A DNA stretch of 32,000 nt from Desulforamulus reducens MI-1 (GCF_000016165.1 NC_009253.1:622332-654331); one strand, 5' to 3'; positions 1 through 9,361 are shown, numbered from the stretch's first letter. The notes: generated by a model from the letters alone, not told the origin. Numbers and translations are program-made.

Positions 1-426
1 CCAGAGTTTCCTTACAGTTGGAAGTTAACATTTCTGGCATTACTTGTCATTTCGGGAAGTGTTCTCTTCCAACTGTCATTGGCAGTAGAACAGCTAATTA
101 TAGGCATAATGAAAGTCTTACCTGGGATGATATTAGCCGTAAACACTTCTACCCTAGACAGTCAGGATTGGAAAAACGTAAAAGCCGGTAATAGGATATT
201 GATCCCATTACCGGCTTCCATGTTAGCCAAACTAAGAGAGGATACAACTAATGCACAAGCATCGAGGAATTATTTTTTTAATCGCTGCCATTACTTTTTT
301 CAGTATGATGCCGATATGGGTCAAACTAGCCTATACAACAGGACTCTCTGCTTTCGATGTTACCTTTCTGCGTTCTGGTATGGCTGCCGCTATGCTGGGA
401 ATATTTATACTCTATCGCAAGATTAA
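1..426 (+). CDS. Possible 3' end of an upstream membrane-protein gene; frame and true stop unresolved
   Basis: Frame 1 is open from nt 1 and reads helix-like hydrophobic stretches (KLTFLALLVISGSVLFQL, LIIGIMKVLPGMILAV). Its first stop (426) lies 175 nt inside the well-supported EamA gene. Frame 3 is also open, to a TAA at 187-189 next to a hairpin. I cannot decide between them from sequence alone. Confidence 0.2.
   Translation, partial: PEFPYSWKLTFLALLVISGSVLFQLSLAVEQLIIGIMKVLPGMILAVNTSTLDSQDWKNVKAGNRILIPLPASMLAKLREDTTNAQASRNYFFNRCHYFFQYDADMGQTSLYNRTLCFRCYLSAFWYGCRYAGNIYTLSQD
182..217. other. Strong stem-loop (15-bp arms, 1 mismatch, 6-nt loop) upstream of the EamA gene
   Basis: AAGCCGGTAATAGGA (182-196) pairs with TCCCATTACCGGCTT (203-217). 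An A-rich run precedes it and no T-run follows on the + strand. It could be a terminator of the upstream gene or a 5'-UTR element. Confidence 0.4.
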
Positions 427-1135
427 TTTTCATGTAGAGAGGCAACAGCTAGGTCCGCTGTTGCTATCGAGTACCCTAGGTTATACAGCCACTATGATAA
501 GTTTGTACTTATCTTATAAATATGTTAGTGCGGGCGTGGCTACTTCGCTGCATTACCTGTTTCCAGTACTGGTCATGCTGCTCGAATATTTTATATATCA
601 TGAGAAACTACAGTTTTATAAATGGATGGCTCTCCTGACATCTCTGGCCGGTATCTACCTGATAGCTGAGCCAGGGGGGAGTAGTTTTTCTCTCCGAGGT
701 GTTGGCCTGGCAATAAGTTCAGCCGTATTTTTTACCTTTTATGTGCTGTCAATTAATCATCCTCAGCTAAAAAAGATGGACAGCCTGGTGCTGGCTTTTT
801 ATGACTGCTTGATTGCATCTATCACCTCTTTGGTACTGCTTGTGGCTCAGGGGAATTGGCCGCTGACGCTTACACTAAAAGGTTTGTACTATACAGGTTT
901 GGTAAGTTTTTTCTGTACCGCCTTGGCGCTGATTTTTTTCATAAAAGGTGTGCAAAGCATTGGCTCGGCCAATGCTTCCATACTTAGTACCCTGGAACCG
1001 GTGCTTAGCCTAGTAGCAGGTATCATCATTTTACATGAACCACTAACCTGGTATACATCACTGGGATGTATATTGATTATAGTTGCCGTCATTCTAATTG
1101 GCTATTCAGATCTAAGTGAGGATTCCCCCGCCTAA
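251..1135 (+). CDS. EamA/DMT-family (drug/metabolite) transporter, about 10 TM segments
   Basis: 294-aa ORF, hydrophobic throughout, with two EamA-like halves. GAGGA lies about 9 nt upstream of the ATG. Confidence 0.85.
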   Translation: MHKHRGIIFLIAAITFFSMMPIWVKLAYTTGLSAFDVTFLRSGMAAAMLGIFILYRKINFHVERQQLGPLLLSSTLGYTATMISLYLSYKYVSAGVATSLHYLFPVLVMLLEYFIYHEKLQFYKWMALLTSLAGIYLIAEPGGSSFSLRGVGLAISSAVFFTFYVLSINHPQLKKMDSLVLAFYDCLIASITSLVLLVAQGNWPLTLTLKGLYYTGLVSFFCTALALIFFIKGVQSIGSANASILSTLEPVLSLVAGIIILHEPLTWYTSLGCILIIVAVILIGYSDLSEDSPA

Positions 1136-1269
1136 GAAAGAACTAAAAGCAACTTCAATAAGTAATCGAAACCTTAAGGGTAACTTCAAAGGGGTCAGGT
1201 TTGATAATTATCAGGCCTAACCCCTCATTGATTTTAAATAGTAGCTAGAAATCTCTCATCCTTAGCAAA

Positions 1270-2754
1270 TTATTCTATATAAATCTCATGCTGAATGTCG
1301 ATATCTAATCGTTTCAGCTTATAATATAAACATTGTCTGGACAGATTTAATTCTTTGGCGGTTTGGTTAATATTGCCGGTATTTCTTTTTAGTGCTTGTG
1401 TCAAGAGGTCTTTTTCTACTTGCAGCATTATTTGTTTATAATCGTTAATTTTTGGCACGGTGATCGGCAAAATATTATTCTTGAGGATTTTGTCCTGGAG
1501 GAACGCGGGTAAATGCTGCACTAACAGGGAAGTATCAGTAGGATCAACTATGTTCATCGCATGCTCGATACAATGACTTAATTCGCGAACATTTCCTGGC
1601 CAGTTATAGTTTTCCAGTATTTGAATTACTTCTTCGGATATCTCGTTAATTTTTCTCCCCAGAATCTTATTATATTTATTGATGTAAAACCAGGATAAGG
1701 TAATGATATCTTCCTTTCTGTTTCGTAAAGGTGGACATTCTAAAGTGATCACAGCGAGTCTGTAATAAAAATCACTCCTTAGTTTTTCAGTTTCAATGGC
1801 TTCTTTAGGGTCAATATTCATAGCACTAATAATTCGAGGGTTTACAGGGATTTCTTTGTTACCTCCCACCCTGCGAATGCGATTCGTTTCCAATGCTCTT
1901 AATAGTTTGGACTGGAGAACGATACTCATAGAATTAAGTTCGTCCAGAAAAAGTGTGCCATTTTTTGCTTCTTCGAACAACCCGGCTTTATCCTCAGCTC
2001 CGGTAAATGCACCTTTATTTGTCCCAAACAGGATACTTTCTAATAAGGTATCTGGAATGGCTGAACAGTTAACCGCGATAAAAGGCTCTTTGGCTCTTGA
2101 GCTGTTGTTATGAATACTCTGGGCAAAGAGCTCTTTGCCTGTTCCTGTTTCTCCCAGAATCATGATCCGTGATTCCGAGCAGGCCATTTTTTTCGCTGTA
2201 TTAATTACGCTTTGCATGGCTTCTCCAGAACCAATGATGTCATCAAAACAAAACTGGGTTCCGTTATTGTTCGTTCTCTGTAGTTGATTATAAAGGGCTT
2301 TTTGAAGTTGAAATACTTTGTCTGTAAGTGCTTGTATTTTGCTTGTGTCTCGACTTATGGCAAATGAACCAATTACCTCTCGTCCCGAAAAAACCGGATA
2401 TATATCCATTACGAGGTCAACAGGTTGACCAGAGGCTGAGGTATATCTTAGTTTAGTATTTTTCAATACCTTTTTTTCAGCTATTGATCTTACATGTACA
2501 CTATTTTGTTTACCCAATTTGTAAACATCCAATACATTTTTCCCCAATATATCGCTAATTTTGTAACCATCTATTTTTTCAAAATCTTTTGACACGAAAA
2601 TAATTTTACCTGTTGCGTCAACTATTGAAAAATAACAATCTTCCAAACAATCTAAGGAATTAATAACCAAGTCGTAATCGGCACTGACATTTTTACAACT
2701 TGTTTCAGCTGCGTTAAAGTTTATTAGAGATTTTAACAGGTTGTTTTTGGTCAT
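1270..2754 (-). CDS. Sigma-54-dependent transcriptional activator (PAS sensor, AAA+ domain, Fis-type HTH)
   Basis: Walker A GETGTGKE, the GAFTGA loop (NKGAFTGA) and a C-terminal HTH (INQTAKELNLSRQCLYYKLKR). The N-terminal part is PAS-like (IVDATGKIIFVSKDFEKIDGY). AAGGAG lies upstream of the ATG. Confidence 0.92.
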   Translation of the reverse strand: MTKNNLLKSLINFNAAETSCKNVSADYDLVINSLDCLEDCYFSIVDATGKIIFVSKDFEKIDGYKISDILGKNVLDVYKLGKQNSVHVRSIAEKKVLKNTKLRYTSASGQPVDLVMDIYPVFSGREVIGSFAISRDTSKIQALTDKVFQLQKALYNQLQRTNNNGTQFCFDDIIGSGEAMQSVINTAKKMACSESRIMILGETGTGKELFAQSIHNNSSRAKEPFIAVNCSAIPDTLLESILFGTNKGAFTGAEDKAGLFEEAKNGTLFLDELNSMSIVLQSKLLRALETNRIRRVGGNKEIPVNPRIISAMNIDPKEAIETEKLRSDFYYRLAVITLECPPLRNRKEDIITLSWFYINKYNKILGRKINEISEEVIQILENYNWPGNVRELSHCIEHAMNIVDPTDTSLLVQHLPAFLQDKILKNNILPITVPKINDYKQIMLQVEKDLLTQALKRNTGNINQTAKELNLSRQCLYYKLKRLDIDIQHEIYIE

Positions 2755-2989
2755 CTATGTCATCTCCTTAAATGTCATTTATGTTAATTTTAAAAAATAC
2801 TGAAACTATTGCTGTGAAAATGTTCACTTATCTTGTCTATATTTTAACTTATTTGTGACCATTTGTCCTTGTATAAGCGCGACATTTTCTAATTCCAATA
2901 ACTTTAAACGTAGCAAAAAAAGTAGCCCCTAGACCAATCTCCCCGCCATTATTATCGAGCCACAGTACCAAATTAAAGCACCTGCTGCA

Positions 2990-3216
2990 AACCTCCGGTT
3001 TTGGCGGGCTGGAGGCCGGAAATAATGTCTGGAGTGGGTTACAACGGATTTTTTTCCAGAAGTATGCTTATGAGGGCGGGGGTGGTTTATACCGGCCTTA
3101 CCGAACCAGTTCCCTTGGGTGCAGTAAAAGCCAGGGTTCAATTTACCAAAGCCGTCAGCGACCTAGTTTTGATCAAAATCCACAAGTGGTATTGGGAATA
3201 CAATGGTGGTTTTTAA
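2990..3216 (+). pseudogene. Degenerate copy 1 of a small CBM/jelly-roll-like domain gene (frameshifted and collapsed)
   Basis: Reads ...VVYTGLTEPVPLGAVKARVQFTKA, paralogous to copy 2. The upstream part (GFGGLEAGNNVWSG...AYEGG) and the tail (the ..VV.G.. equivalent) are in other frames. Confidence 0.45.
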
Positions 3217-3217
3217 T

Positions 3218-3586
3218 TTGAATGATGCCTATGAGGGGACTTCCATAGCCAGAGTACCTTTCCAGGGTGGTGTGCTCTTCCAGGACGTTCCTGTTAATCT
3301 GGACACAGGTTATTGTTACCTGCTTAATTTTGGCATCCGGGGCAAATTGTAATACGCTGGCAGAGGTACACTGGCTGATGCCAGCGGTATAGATATGGGG
3401 CTTGGACTGAGCATTGTTATTCCCAGAGGTGCCTTACAGGGTTTTAACTGGTTAGTTTATTCTGGCATTACCGAGCCAGTTCCCGCAGGTGCTGTAAGGG
3501 CCAGAATTCAATTTACAAAGGCCGGAAGCAATTCTGAAGTTGCCTTAACTGATATCGACAAAGTGGTATTCGGACGTTTGGTTTAA
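3218..3586 (+). pseudogene. Degenerate copy 2 of the same CBM/jelly-roll-like gene, with an in-frame TAA at 3350-3352
   Basis: One frame reads LNDAYEGTSIARVPFQGGVLFQDVPVNLDTGYCYLLNFGIRGKL*YAGRG...WLVYSGITEPVPAGAVRARIQFTKAGSNSEVALTDIDKVVFGRLV. The N-terminal NGGF motif overlaps the end of copy 1 in another frame. Confidence 0.5.
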
Positions 3587-3599
3587 TGGTGAAAAGAAG

Positions 3600-3636
3600 G
3601 TGCCGGTTGTTGAATTTGGATTCAAACAGCCGGCAC
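3600..3636 (+). terminator. Long stem-loop after the CBM-like pseudogenes; terminator-like but without a T-tract
   Basis: GTGCCGGTTGTTGAAT ... ATTCAAACAGCCGGCAC form nearly perfect arms of about 15 bp. Confidence 0.35.
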
Positions 3637-4024
3637 GTGACAGTGACCAAAGGGCTAAAGCCTCCGGCACCGTGGGGCTGACAGGCACAGACTAGTTGCA
3701 AATTTCTTTTTTCGATGCTTCTGTTAAACTTTTGAGATTGGGATAAAACTTAATAAAGCTGTTTCTTTCTAGTTGAATAAAACGTCGCACCGATGATTCG
3801 CTACCAGTAAGTCATACTTTTCGCACTAGGTTAGGGGGGCAGTGTTTTATTGGCATTGCCTTTCCATTTGCCAAGGGAGAGAATCAAGAAATAACAAATT
3901 AAAAGTATTGTCTATTTTAAATATAAACTGGGTAATTTAACCAATAGGATATAACTTATGTAAATATGCAGGTTTTTTCTGATTTTGTCCGAAATAGTAA
4001 GAAAAACAATTCATGGAGAAAAGA

Positions 4025-4171
4025 ATGAAACTTTTTGACATATACCCGGAGAATTTTTTCTCGGTGTTGACTTCTCCCAATAAAAAAATTTATATTGAGG
4101 CATTGTTTGTGATCAAACAGACTTACCAGCACTCCGCCATAATTCCTAAGGAGATTTGGTGGCTGGACTAA
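4025..4171 (+). pseudogene. jetA: jetA N-terminal segment (48 codons), separated from the rest of jetA by a 1-nt frameshift
   Basis: GGAG lies 6 nt upstream of ATG 4025. The segment reads MKLFDIYPENFFSVLTSPNKKIYIEALFVIKQTYQHSAIIPKE, which fits my recollection of Firmicute JetA N-termini. This frame stops at 4169-4171, and the body continues in the -1 frame from about 4150. Confidence 0.7.
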
Positions 4172-5430
4172 TAGCCAACCTGGAAAATCAAATGATGGAC
4201 CTGCAGGAAGAAGAGGGGGTACTGGCCTTTGAAGACAACCTTTCGGGCAGGGCCCATTTTTTGATTAGAAAGTTCCTGGAAACGGGTTGGCTGGAAAGGG
4301 AGCAGGACAGCCAAAGTTTTACCGAACAATTTGTGGTGCCTATGTACGCCAGTAAGCTTCTTAATCTTTTCTATGATTTGGTCAGCGGAAAAACCACGGA
4401 ATACAACGGTTTTGTTTATTCTACCTATTCTATCCTGAAGACAGCGGATGCAGAGCGGGATGATTATATGTTTGACGGACTGCGCCAGGCCCATCAGCTT
4501 ACGGAGAATCTGGACAATGCTTTGCGGGAGTTGTTGGCCAACTTAAGGTTTTACCATCAGAGGCTGCAGGAACAGGTAGAGGTAAAAGAAATTTTGGCGG
4601 AACACTTTGATGTTTTTCGGCAGAAAATCTCCGATAAAATTTATCATCCTCTGAAGACCTTCGACAGTGTGCCACGCTTTAAAAATCGGATTCTTAGAAT
4701 CCTTAAGAATTGGCTTACTGAGCCTGAGTTGATAGAAGATATGGCTGTTGTGGGTCATAAAAGGGGCTTTGGCCTGGACCCAGAGGCTTGCCGTCAAAGG
4801 GTAATCGTTATGATCGGGGAAATAATTGATACCTATGAGGGCATAGATCAGTTGTTAAAGTCCATAGATAAGAAAAACACGGCGTACACCAGGGCCTCTG
4901 TGGAGCGGATGCAGTACTACATAAACACGGAACGGGATATTAAAGGCAAACTGGTGGAGATTATGAAACGACTGCCTAAGATGAACGACAGAAAGAGAGA
5001 GGAAGAAATCGGACTTTTGAGTAGGGACTTGCCCCTTTTCCAGCAAGTTTATGTTGATGAAGAGTCGTTGTTCACTGAGCCCCGCAAGCGCAAGGAACAC
5101 TGCCCGCGAACCACCAATCTGGCCAGTTTAATTAACAAAGAAGAGCTAGATTCAGAAATGCAGGAATTTAAAAAGCGTCTGGAAAAGGTCTATTCCCATC
5201 ATAAGGTGCTGGAATATATCACGGAACAACTGGCCCGGCAGGGTGTCTTAAGGGCCAAAGATTTGCGGTTGGAGACCGATGATGACTTTATCAAACTGAT
5301 TCTGGCTTGTATTAAAAATGATGAAGCCGATATCCCCTTTACCATTGATTTTAAAGATGATTACCTCTTAGTAAACGGTTATCGGATACCGGAGCTGTTA
5401 ATTGCTAAGAAGAAGGAGAAGATATCCTGA
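4156..5430 (+). CDS. jetA: Wadjet JetA (MksF/kleisin-like subunit), main body; intact length would be about 468 aa from 4025
   Basis: First gene of a four-gene SMC-like operon. Its stop overlaps the jetB start (TGATG at 5428-5432). Size and position fit JetA. The frameshift site itself creates AAGGAG plus 5 nt plus GTG (4159), a possible restart. Confidence 0.8.
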   Translation: MVAGLIANLENQMMDLQEEEGVLAFEDNLSGRAHFLIRKFLETGWLEREQDSQSFTEQFVVPMYASKLLNLFYDLVSGKTTEYNGFVYSTYSILKTADAERDDYMFDGLRQAHQLTENLDNALRELLANLRFYHQRLQEQVEVKEILAEHFDVFRQKISDKIYHPLKTFDSVPRFKNRILRILKNWLTEPELIEDMAVVGHKRGFGLDPEACRQRVIVMIGEIIDTYEGIDQLLKSIDKKNTAYTRASVERMQYYINTERDIKGKLVEIMKRLPKMNDRKREEEIGLLSRDLPLFQQVYVDEESLFTEPRKRKEHCPRTTNLASLINKEELDSEMQEFKKRLEKVYSHHKVLEYITEQLARQGVLRAKDLRLETDDDFIKLILACIKNDEADIPFTIDFKDDYLLVNGYRIPELLIAKKKEKIS

Positions 5431-6062
5431 TGTGGGCAGAAGCATGGGAAAAGCTAACGGACAGGGATAAAGAGGAGTTTGTGCGGGTAATTAACCTTTT
5501 GTTAAGCAAGACCTTTATCCTGAGGGATGAGTATGAACCTAAGACAAAAAGCTTGGTCATCAACAAAGACTTTCGGTTTGTGGAGAGACACCATTCTCTA
5601 ATCCAAGAGTATTTAGGAATTGCCGGCTGGTATGTGCAAAATGATGCCTACAGGGGAGTTATTGCCGCTTATAACCGATTTGGCACCAATCGTTATCGTT
5701 TAGACAAGCCCAGTACTTATTTTTTATATACATTAAGGCTTATCTATGAAGAGAGTAGGGAAAAGATAGCCCTGGCCAAGCAATGCACGACCACTGTGGG
5801 GGAAATGGTGGAAAAAATGTTTTACTTGGGCCTGGTGGAAAAAAAGCCGCCGGACACTCATCTTAGGGAAGGTTTAAACACCCTAAAACGCTTTAACATT
5901 ATAGAAAAGGTGGAAGGTGATTGGGCCAAAGCCGATACTAGGATCGTAGTGTATCCCTCAATTGAGCTAATTGTTTCAAACGAAAAGATCAGCAACCTAT
6001 ATGACCAGTTGACGGAAGAGGGTGAAGATGATGAAACTACTGACCAGGATATTATTAATTAA
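5430..6062 (+). CDS. jetB: Wadjet JetB (MksE-like, DUF4194-type), 210 aa with an acidic C-terminal tail
   Basis: Translationally coupled to jetA. Its size and its position between the JetA-like and SMC-like genes fit JetB. The tail reads EEGEDDETTDQD. Confidence 0.8.
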   Translation: MWAEAWEKLTDRDKEEFVRVINLLLSKTFILRDEYEPKTKSLVINKDFRFVERHHSLIQEYLGIAGWYVQNDAYRGVIAAYNRFGTNRYRLDKPSTYFLYTLRLIYEESREKIALAKQCTTTVGEMVEKMFYLGLVEKKPPDTHLREGLNTLKRFNIIEKVEGDWAKADTRIVVYPSIELIVSNEKISNLYDQLTEEGEDDETTDQDIIN

Positions 6063-9000
6063 TTGGCACTATATAAAGTACCAGTGCATTGATTTTTCGG
6101 ATATTAACTTTTTAACTGGGAAGAACGGTTCAGGAAAGTCGACTATTATCGATGCCTTACAATTAGTGTTGCTGGGTGATACCAGTGGTTTTTACTTTAA
6201 CAAAGCGGCCAATGACAAGTCCCAGCGCTCGCTAAAGGGATATTTGCGGGGAGAAGTTGCCGAAGATGAAGAAACCAATACGGTTTATTTGAGAAATGAT
6301 GATTTTTCCAGCTACCTGGTCTTAGAGTTTCATGATAAAAAGAGTAACCAGTATTTTTGCCTGGGAGTTGTTTTTGATTGTTATGACGATGGCAGCCATG
6401 ACCACCAGTTCTTTTATTTGAATGATAAATTACCGGCTAATCACTTTATTGAGAAAGGCACAGAATTAAATCGAAAGGGGCTCAAAGCCTTCTTTTTCAA
6501 TAACTATTCTAGAGGCAAGTACCAATTTTTTGAAACCAATAGTAAGTATCAGGAAGTGGCCCTGGGGAAACTGGGCCAGATTAATAAAAAGTTTTTCCGC
6601 CTGTTAAAAAAAGCCGTACCTTTTTCGCCAATTATGGACATCAAAGGGTTTATCAGTGAGTTCGTTTGTGATGTGGAAAACAAAATCGACATAACAGACA
6701 TGCAGGAAAACATTCGCTATTATAAACAATTGGAACATGACCTGGAGATAGTCAAGCGGAAAATTGGCATTTTAAAGGAAATAGAAAGTCAACACAAATT
6801 CTATTGCGAAGAACTTCAGCGACTGGAAACCCAAAAATATTTAATTGACCGAGGAATACAGGAACAACTGCAAAACAGAGTTGCTAAAATTGCGCAAGAT
6901 ATTCATCGATTACGGGAAAAAATTGCTGCCAATGAAGGAAGCCTGCGGGAGAAAGAAGAGGAACTCACTTCCCTGCAGGAAGAGAGGGATCACCTTTTTG
7001 CGGAAAAAATTAATTCCGATGTGTACAGAAAAAGGGAAGAGTTGGGACGCCAAATTGAAGACCTGCAAAGGGAAAGCAAGGCTATTGAACATAGTAAAGG
7101 TATTTTGCTGGGGCTAATCAAAGGCGTCTTATATACCTGGCGGGAAGTTTATCAGTGGTGTCGGGAAAATTTAGCGGAGATGCCCCTGCTGGAAGAACCA
7201 CTGGACTATTTGGCCAATATCTCTGAGGGCAAGCTGGAATTAATAACCCGGGAAAAATTATGGTTTGTTAAACAAGCACTGCAGGAATATGTAAACAAAA
7301 TCAATGATGCCTATTCTACGCATAGGACCGAGTTAGATGGTTTAATGCAGTATTTAGGCAGGTTGGAAGAGGAAATCAAAAACCTTCGGCAGGGTATAAA
7401 GGCCTTTCCCCCGGCCATACTGGAACTGAAAAATTTGATTGCCGAAAAACTAAGTGCCAAGCACCAAAGAGACATTAAGCCACAGATTTTTGCCGATTTG
7501 CTGGAGATTAAAAGTGATCAATGGCGCAATGCCATTGAAGGGTATTTGAATACCCAGAAGTTTTATTTAATTGTTGAACCCAAGTATTTTATTGAAGCCT
7601 TAAAGATATATGATGAATTTAAATTTACTCACAAAATATATGATGTGGGTATTGTGGATATCGAGAAAATCATAGCCAGGCACCCCAGACCGCAGCCCAA
7701 CAGCCTTGCGGAAGAGGTTGAAAGCACAAACCCCTATGCCAGGTCTTACGCCGACTTCCTGCTGGGTCATGTTATAAAATGCGAAAAAGTGGAGCAACTG
7801 CGGGATTTCCGGACTTCCATTACCCCCAGTTGTATGCTTTATCACAATTATGTGGCGCGTCAAATTAACCCTCAAAGGTACGAAACCCCGTATATCGGGC
7901 AAAGGGCTGTTATCAATCAGCTTAGGCTTAAGGAAGCAAAATATACTGAAGTATCAGAGCAAAGGGATGCTTTGGGACCAAAGGTGGCTAAACTGGCCCA
8001 GCTTAGGAACAGCAGTGTTATTAATGATGAAAATATAAGTAGTATTTTGCAAAATAAACAAGCCGTGGACAGGCTGCCACAGGTCACCCATGCGTTAGAT
8101 AAGGCCACCCGGCAGTTGGCTGCCCTGGACTTGAGTTACCTGACCAGGGTAGAAAAATTATTAAAGGAAGCGGAGAACAATATTGGTGTCGTAAACAAAC
8201 AAATAAGGGAATTAGAAAAGTCCAAGGGTAAATATTACAGTGAAAGGGACGAAAAAGAAAAAGCCCTGCCTCTGCTGGAGAAGGACATAGCAGCACAAAA
8301 AGAGGATATCAAAAGCAGGTATGAGGCCCCCTGGGTGGAAGCAGTAGGGGAACCTAGGTTCCGGCAGGAACTGAGCCAGCGAAAGGACCCTGAGAACATT
8401 GTTAATACCTTTACTACAACTGTTAAAGGGACCCAAAGCCGCATAGAAAATAAATGGAAAGCTATGCTAGAGAGCAGGATTATTTACAACCGCGATTATA
8501 ACGGTGCCTTAGATGTAAATGCCCAGGGTAATGCTGCTTATGCCCAGGAATTGAGGGTCCTGGAAGATACCTCGCTGGTTCAGTATGAGGAAAAAATAAA
8601 GGATGCCCAGGAAAAAGCCCAGGAGCAGTTTAAGGAAGATTTCATCAGTAAACTGAAGAAAAACATTGAGGATGCACGGGAGCAAATTGATGATTTGAAT
8701 AAAGCCCTAAAAGATATACCCTTTGGTCGGGATAAGTACAGGTTCACTGTAACCCCTAACCCTCATTATAAAAAGTACTACGAAATGATTACCGATGATA
8801 TGTTGCTGGAAGGGTTGACCCTTTTTTCCGCATCTTTTCAGAGCAGATATCAGGATGTGGTGGAGGAGCTTTTCCGCCAGATTATTGATGTGGATGAAGG
8901 CCTGGTAAGCGCCGATCGGCGGGAAGAATTGAATAAGAACTTGGATAAGTTTACCGATTATCGGACTTACCTGGACTTTGATCTGGCAGTGACCGACGAC

Positions 9001-9360
9001 AGGGGGATGGAGTCAAGATTATCCAGGGTAATAGCCAAAAAATCAGGGGGAGAGACCCAGACCCCCTTCTATATTTCTGTATTGGCATCCTTTGTTCAGT
9101 TATACCGGATTAAAAGCAGGAACCAGGATAACACTGTGCGGATTTTGGTCTTTGACGAAGCCTATAGTAAGATGGACCATCAGCGGATTAAAGAAAGTAT
9201 TAACCTGATCCGGAAGCTAGGGCTGCAGGTTATTCTCTCTGCGCCCACAGAAAAAATCGGTGACATCGCCCCCTTAGTGGATAGGAACCTGTGTGTCACC
9301 AGGATAAAAAATGAGACAGTTATAAAATCCTTTGACCCCAGGGAAGTAGAGGGGGCTTAG
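6022..9360 (+). CDS. jetC: Wadjet JetC (MksB/SMC-like ABC ATPase with a long coiled coil), about 1110 aa
   Basis: Walker A GKNGSGKST (6118-6144), signature-like SGGE (9043-9054) and Walker B ILVFDEA (9142-9162), separated by about 950 aa of E/K/L/Q-rich heptad-like sequence. Possible starts are GTG 6022, ATG 6028 and ATG 6031 (GAGGG upstream), all inside the jetB 3' end. Confidence 0.92.
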   Translation: MKMMKLLTRILLINWHYIKYQCIDFSDINFLTGKNGSGKSTIIDALQLVLLGDTSGFYFNKAANDKSQRSLKGYLRGEVAEDEETNTVYLRNDDFSSYLVLEFHDKKSNQYFCLGVVFDCYDDGSHDHQFFYLNDKLPANHFIEKGTELNRKGLKAFFFNNYSRGKYQFFETNSKYQEVALGKLGQINKKFFRLLKKAVPFSPIMDIKGFISEFVCDVENKIDITDMQENIRYYKQLEHDLEIVKRKIGILKEIESQHKFYCEELQRLETQKYLIDRGIQEQLQNRVAKIAQDIHRLREKIAANEGSLREKEEELTSLQEERDHLFAEKINSDVYRKREELGRQIEDLQRESKAIEHSKGILLGLIKGVLYTWREVYQWCRENLAEMPLLEEPLDYLANISEGKLELITREKLWFVKQALQEYVNKINDAYSTHRTELDGLMQYLGRLEEEIKNLRQGIKAFPPAILELKNLIAEKLSAKHQRDIKPQIFADLLEIKSDQWRNAIEGYLNTQKFYLIVEPKYFIEALKIYDEFKFTHKIYDVGIVDIEKIIARHPRPQPNSLAEEVESTNPYARSYADFLLGHVIKCEKVEQLRDFRTSITPSCMLYHNYVARQINPQRYETPYIGQRAVINQLRLKEAKYTEVSEQRDALGPKVAKLAQLRNSSVINDENISSILQNKQAVDRLPQVTHALDKATRQLAALDLSYLTRVEKLLKEAENNIGVVNKQIRELEKSKGKYYSERDEKEKALPLLEKDIAAQKEDIKSRYEAPWVEAVGEPRFRQELSQRKDPENIVNTFTTTVKGTQSRIENKWKAMLESRIIYNRDYNGALDVNAQGNAAYAQELRVLEDTSLVQYEEKIKDAQEKAQEQFKEDFISKLKKNIEDAREQIDDLNKALKDIPFGRDKYRFTVTPNPHYKKYYEMITDDMLLEGLTLFSASFQSRYQDVVEELFRQIIDVDEGLVSADRREELNKNLDKFTDYRTYLDFDLAVTDDRGMESRLSRVIAKKSGGETQTPFYISVLASFVQLYRIKSRNQDNTVRILVFDEAYSKMDHQRIKESINLIRKLGLQVILSAPTEKIGDIAPLVDRNLCVTRIKNETVIKSFDPREVEGA

Positions 9361-9361
9361 C

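Noticed and set aside
1796-2113. Long antisense or overlapping track ORFs: 79-426 (beyond 251), 889-1092, 1796-2113, 4168-5100 (three ORFs), 6845-8444 (several), 13370-13850, 17711-18488, 22156-22954, 24102-24453, 29473-29903, 30814-31333 and 31634-31999.
   Set aside because: All lie inside, and opposite or out of frame to, strongly supported genes. They have no RBS or family motifs and show the biased composition typical of shadow ORFs.
3350-3352. The in-frame stop in CBM-like copy 2 might be a recoding site (selenocysteine or pyrrolysine).
   Set aside because: The codon is TAA, not TGA or TAG, and no SECIS-like or PYLIS-like context is seen. Together with the decayed sister copy, a pseudogene is the simpler reading.
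2990-3586. The two similar about 70-nt segments encoding ..TEPVP.GAV.AR.QFTKA might be a diversity-generating retroelement VR/TR pair.
   Set aside because: The differences between the copies are not restricted to adenine positions (for example TTG/GCA, ACC/TCT, G/A, C/A). No reverse transcriptase or accessory gene is present in the window.
4140-4175. Programmed -1 ribosomal frameshift in jetA.
   Set aside because: There is no X XXY YYZ slippery heptamer at the shift site (cct aag gag att) and no obvious downstream pseudoknot. A one-base deletion or base-calling error explains it.
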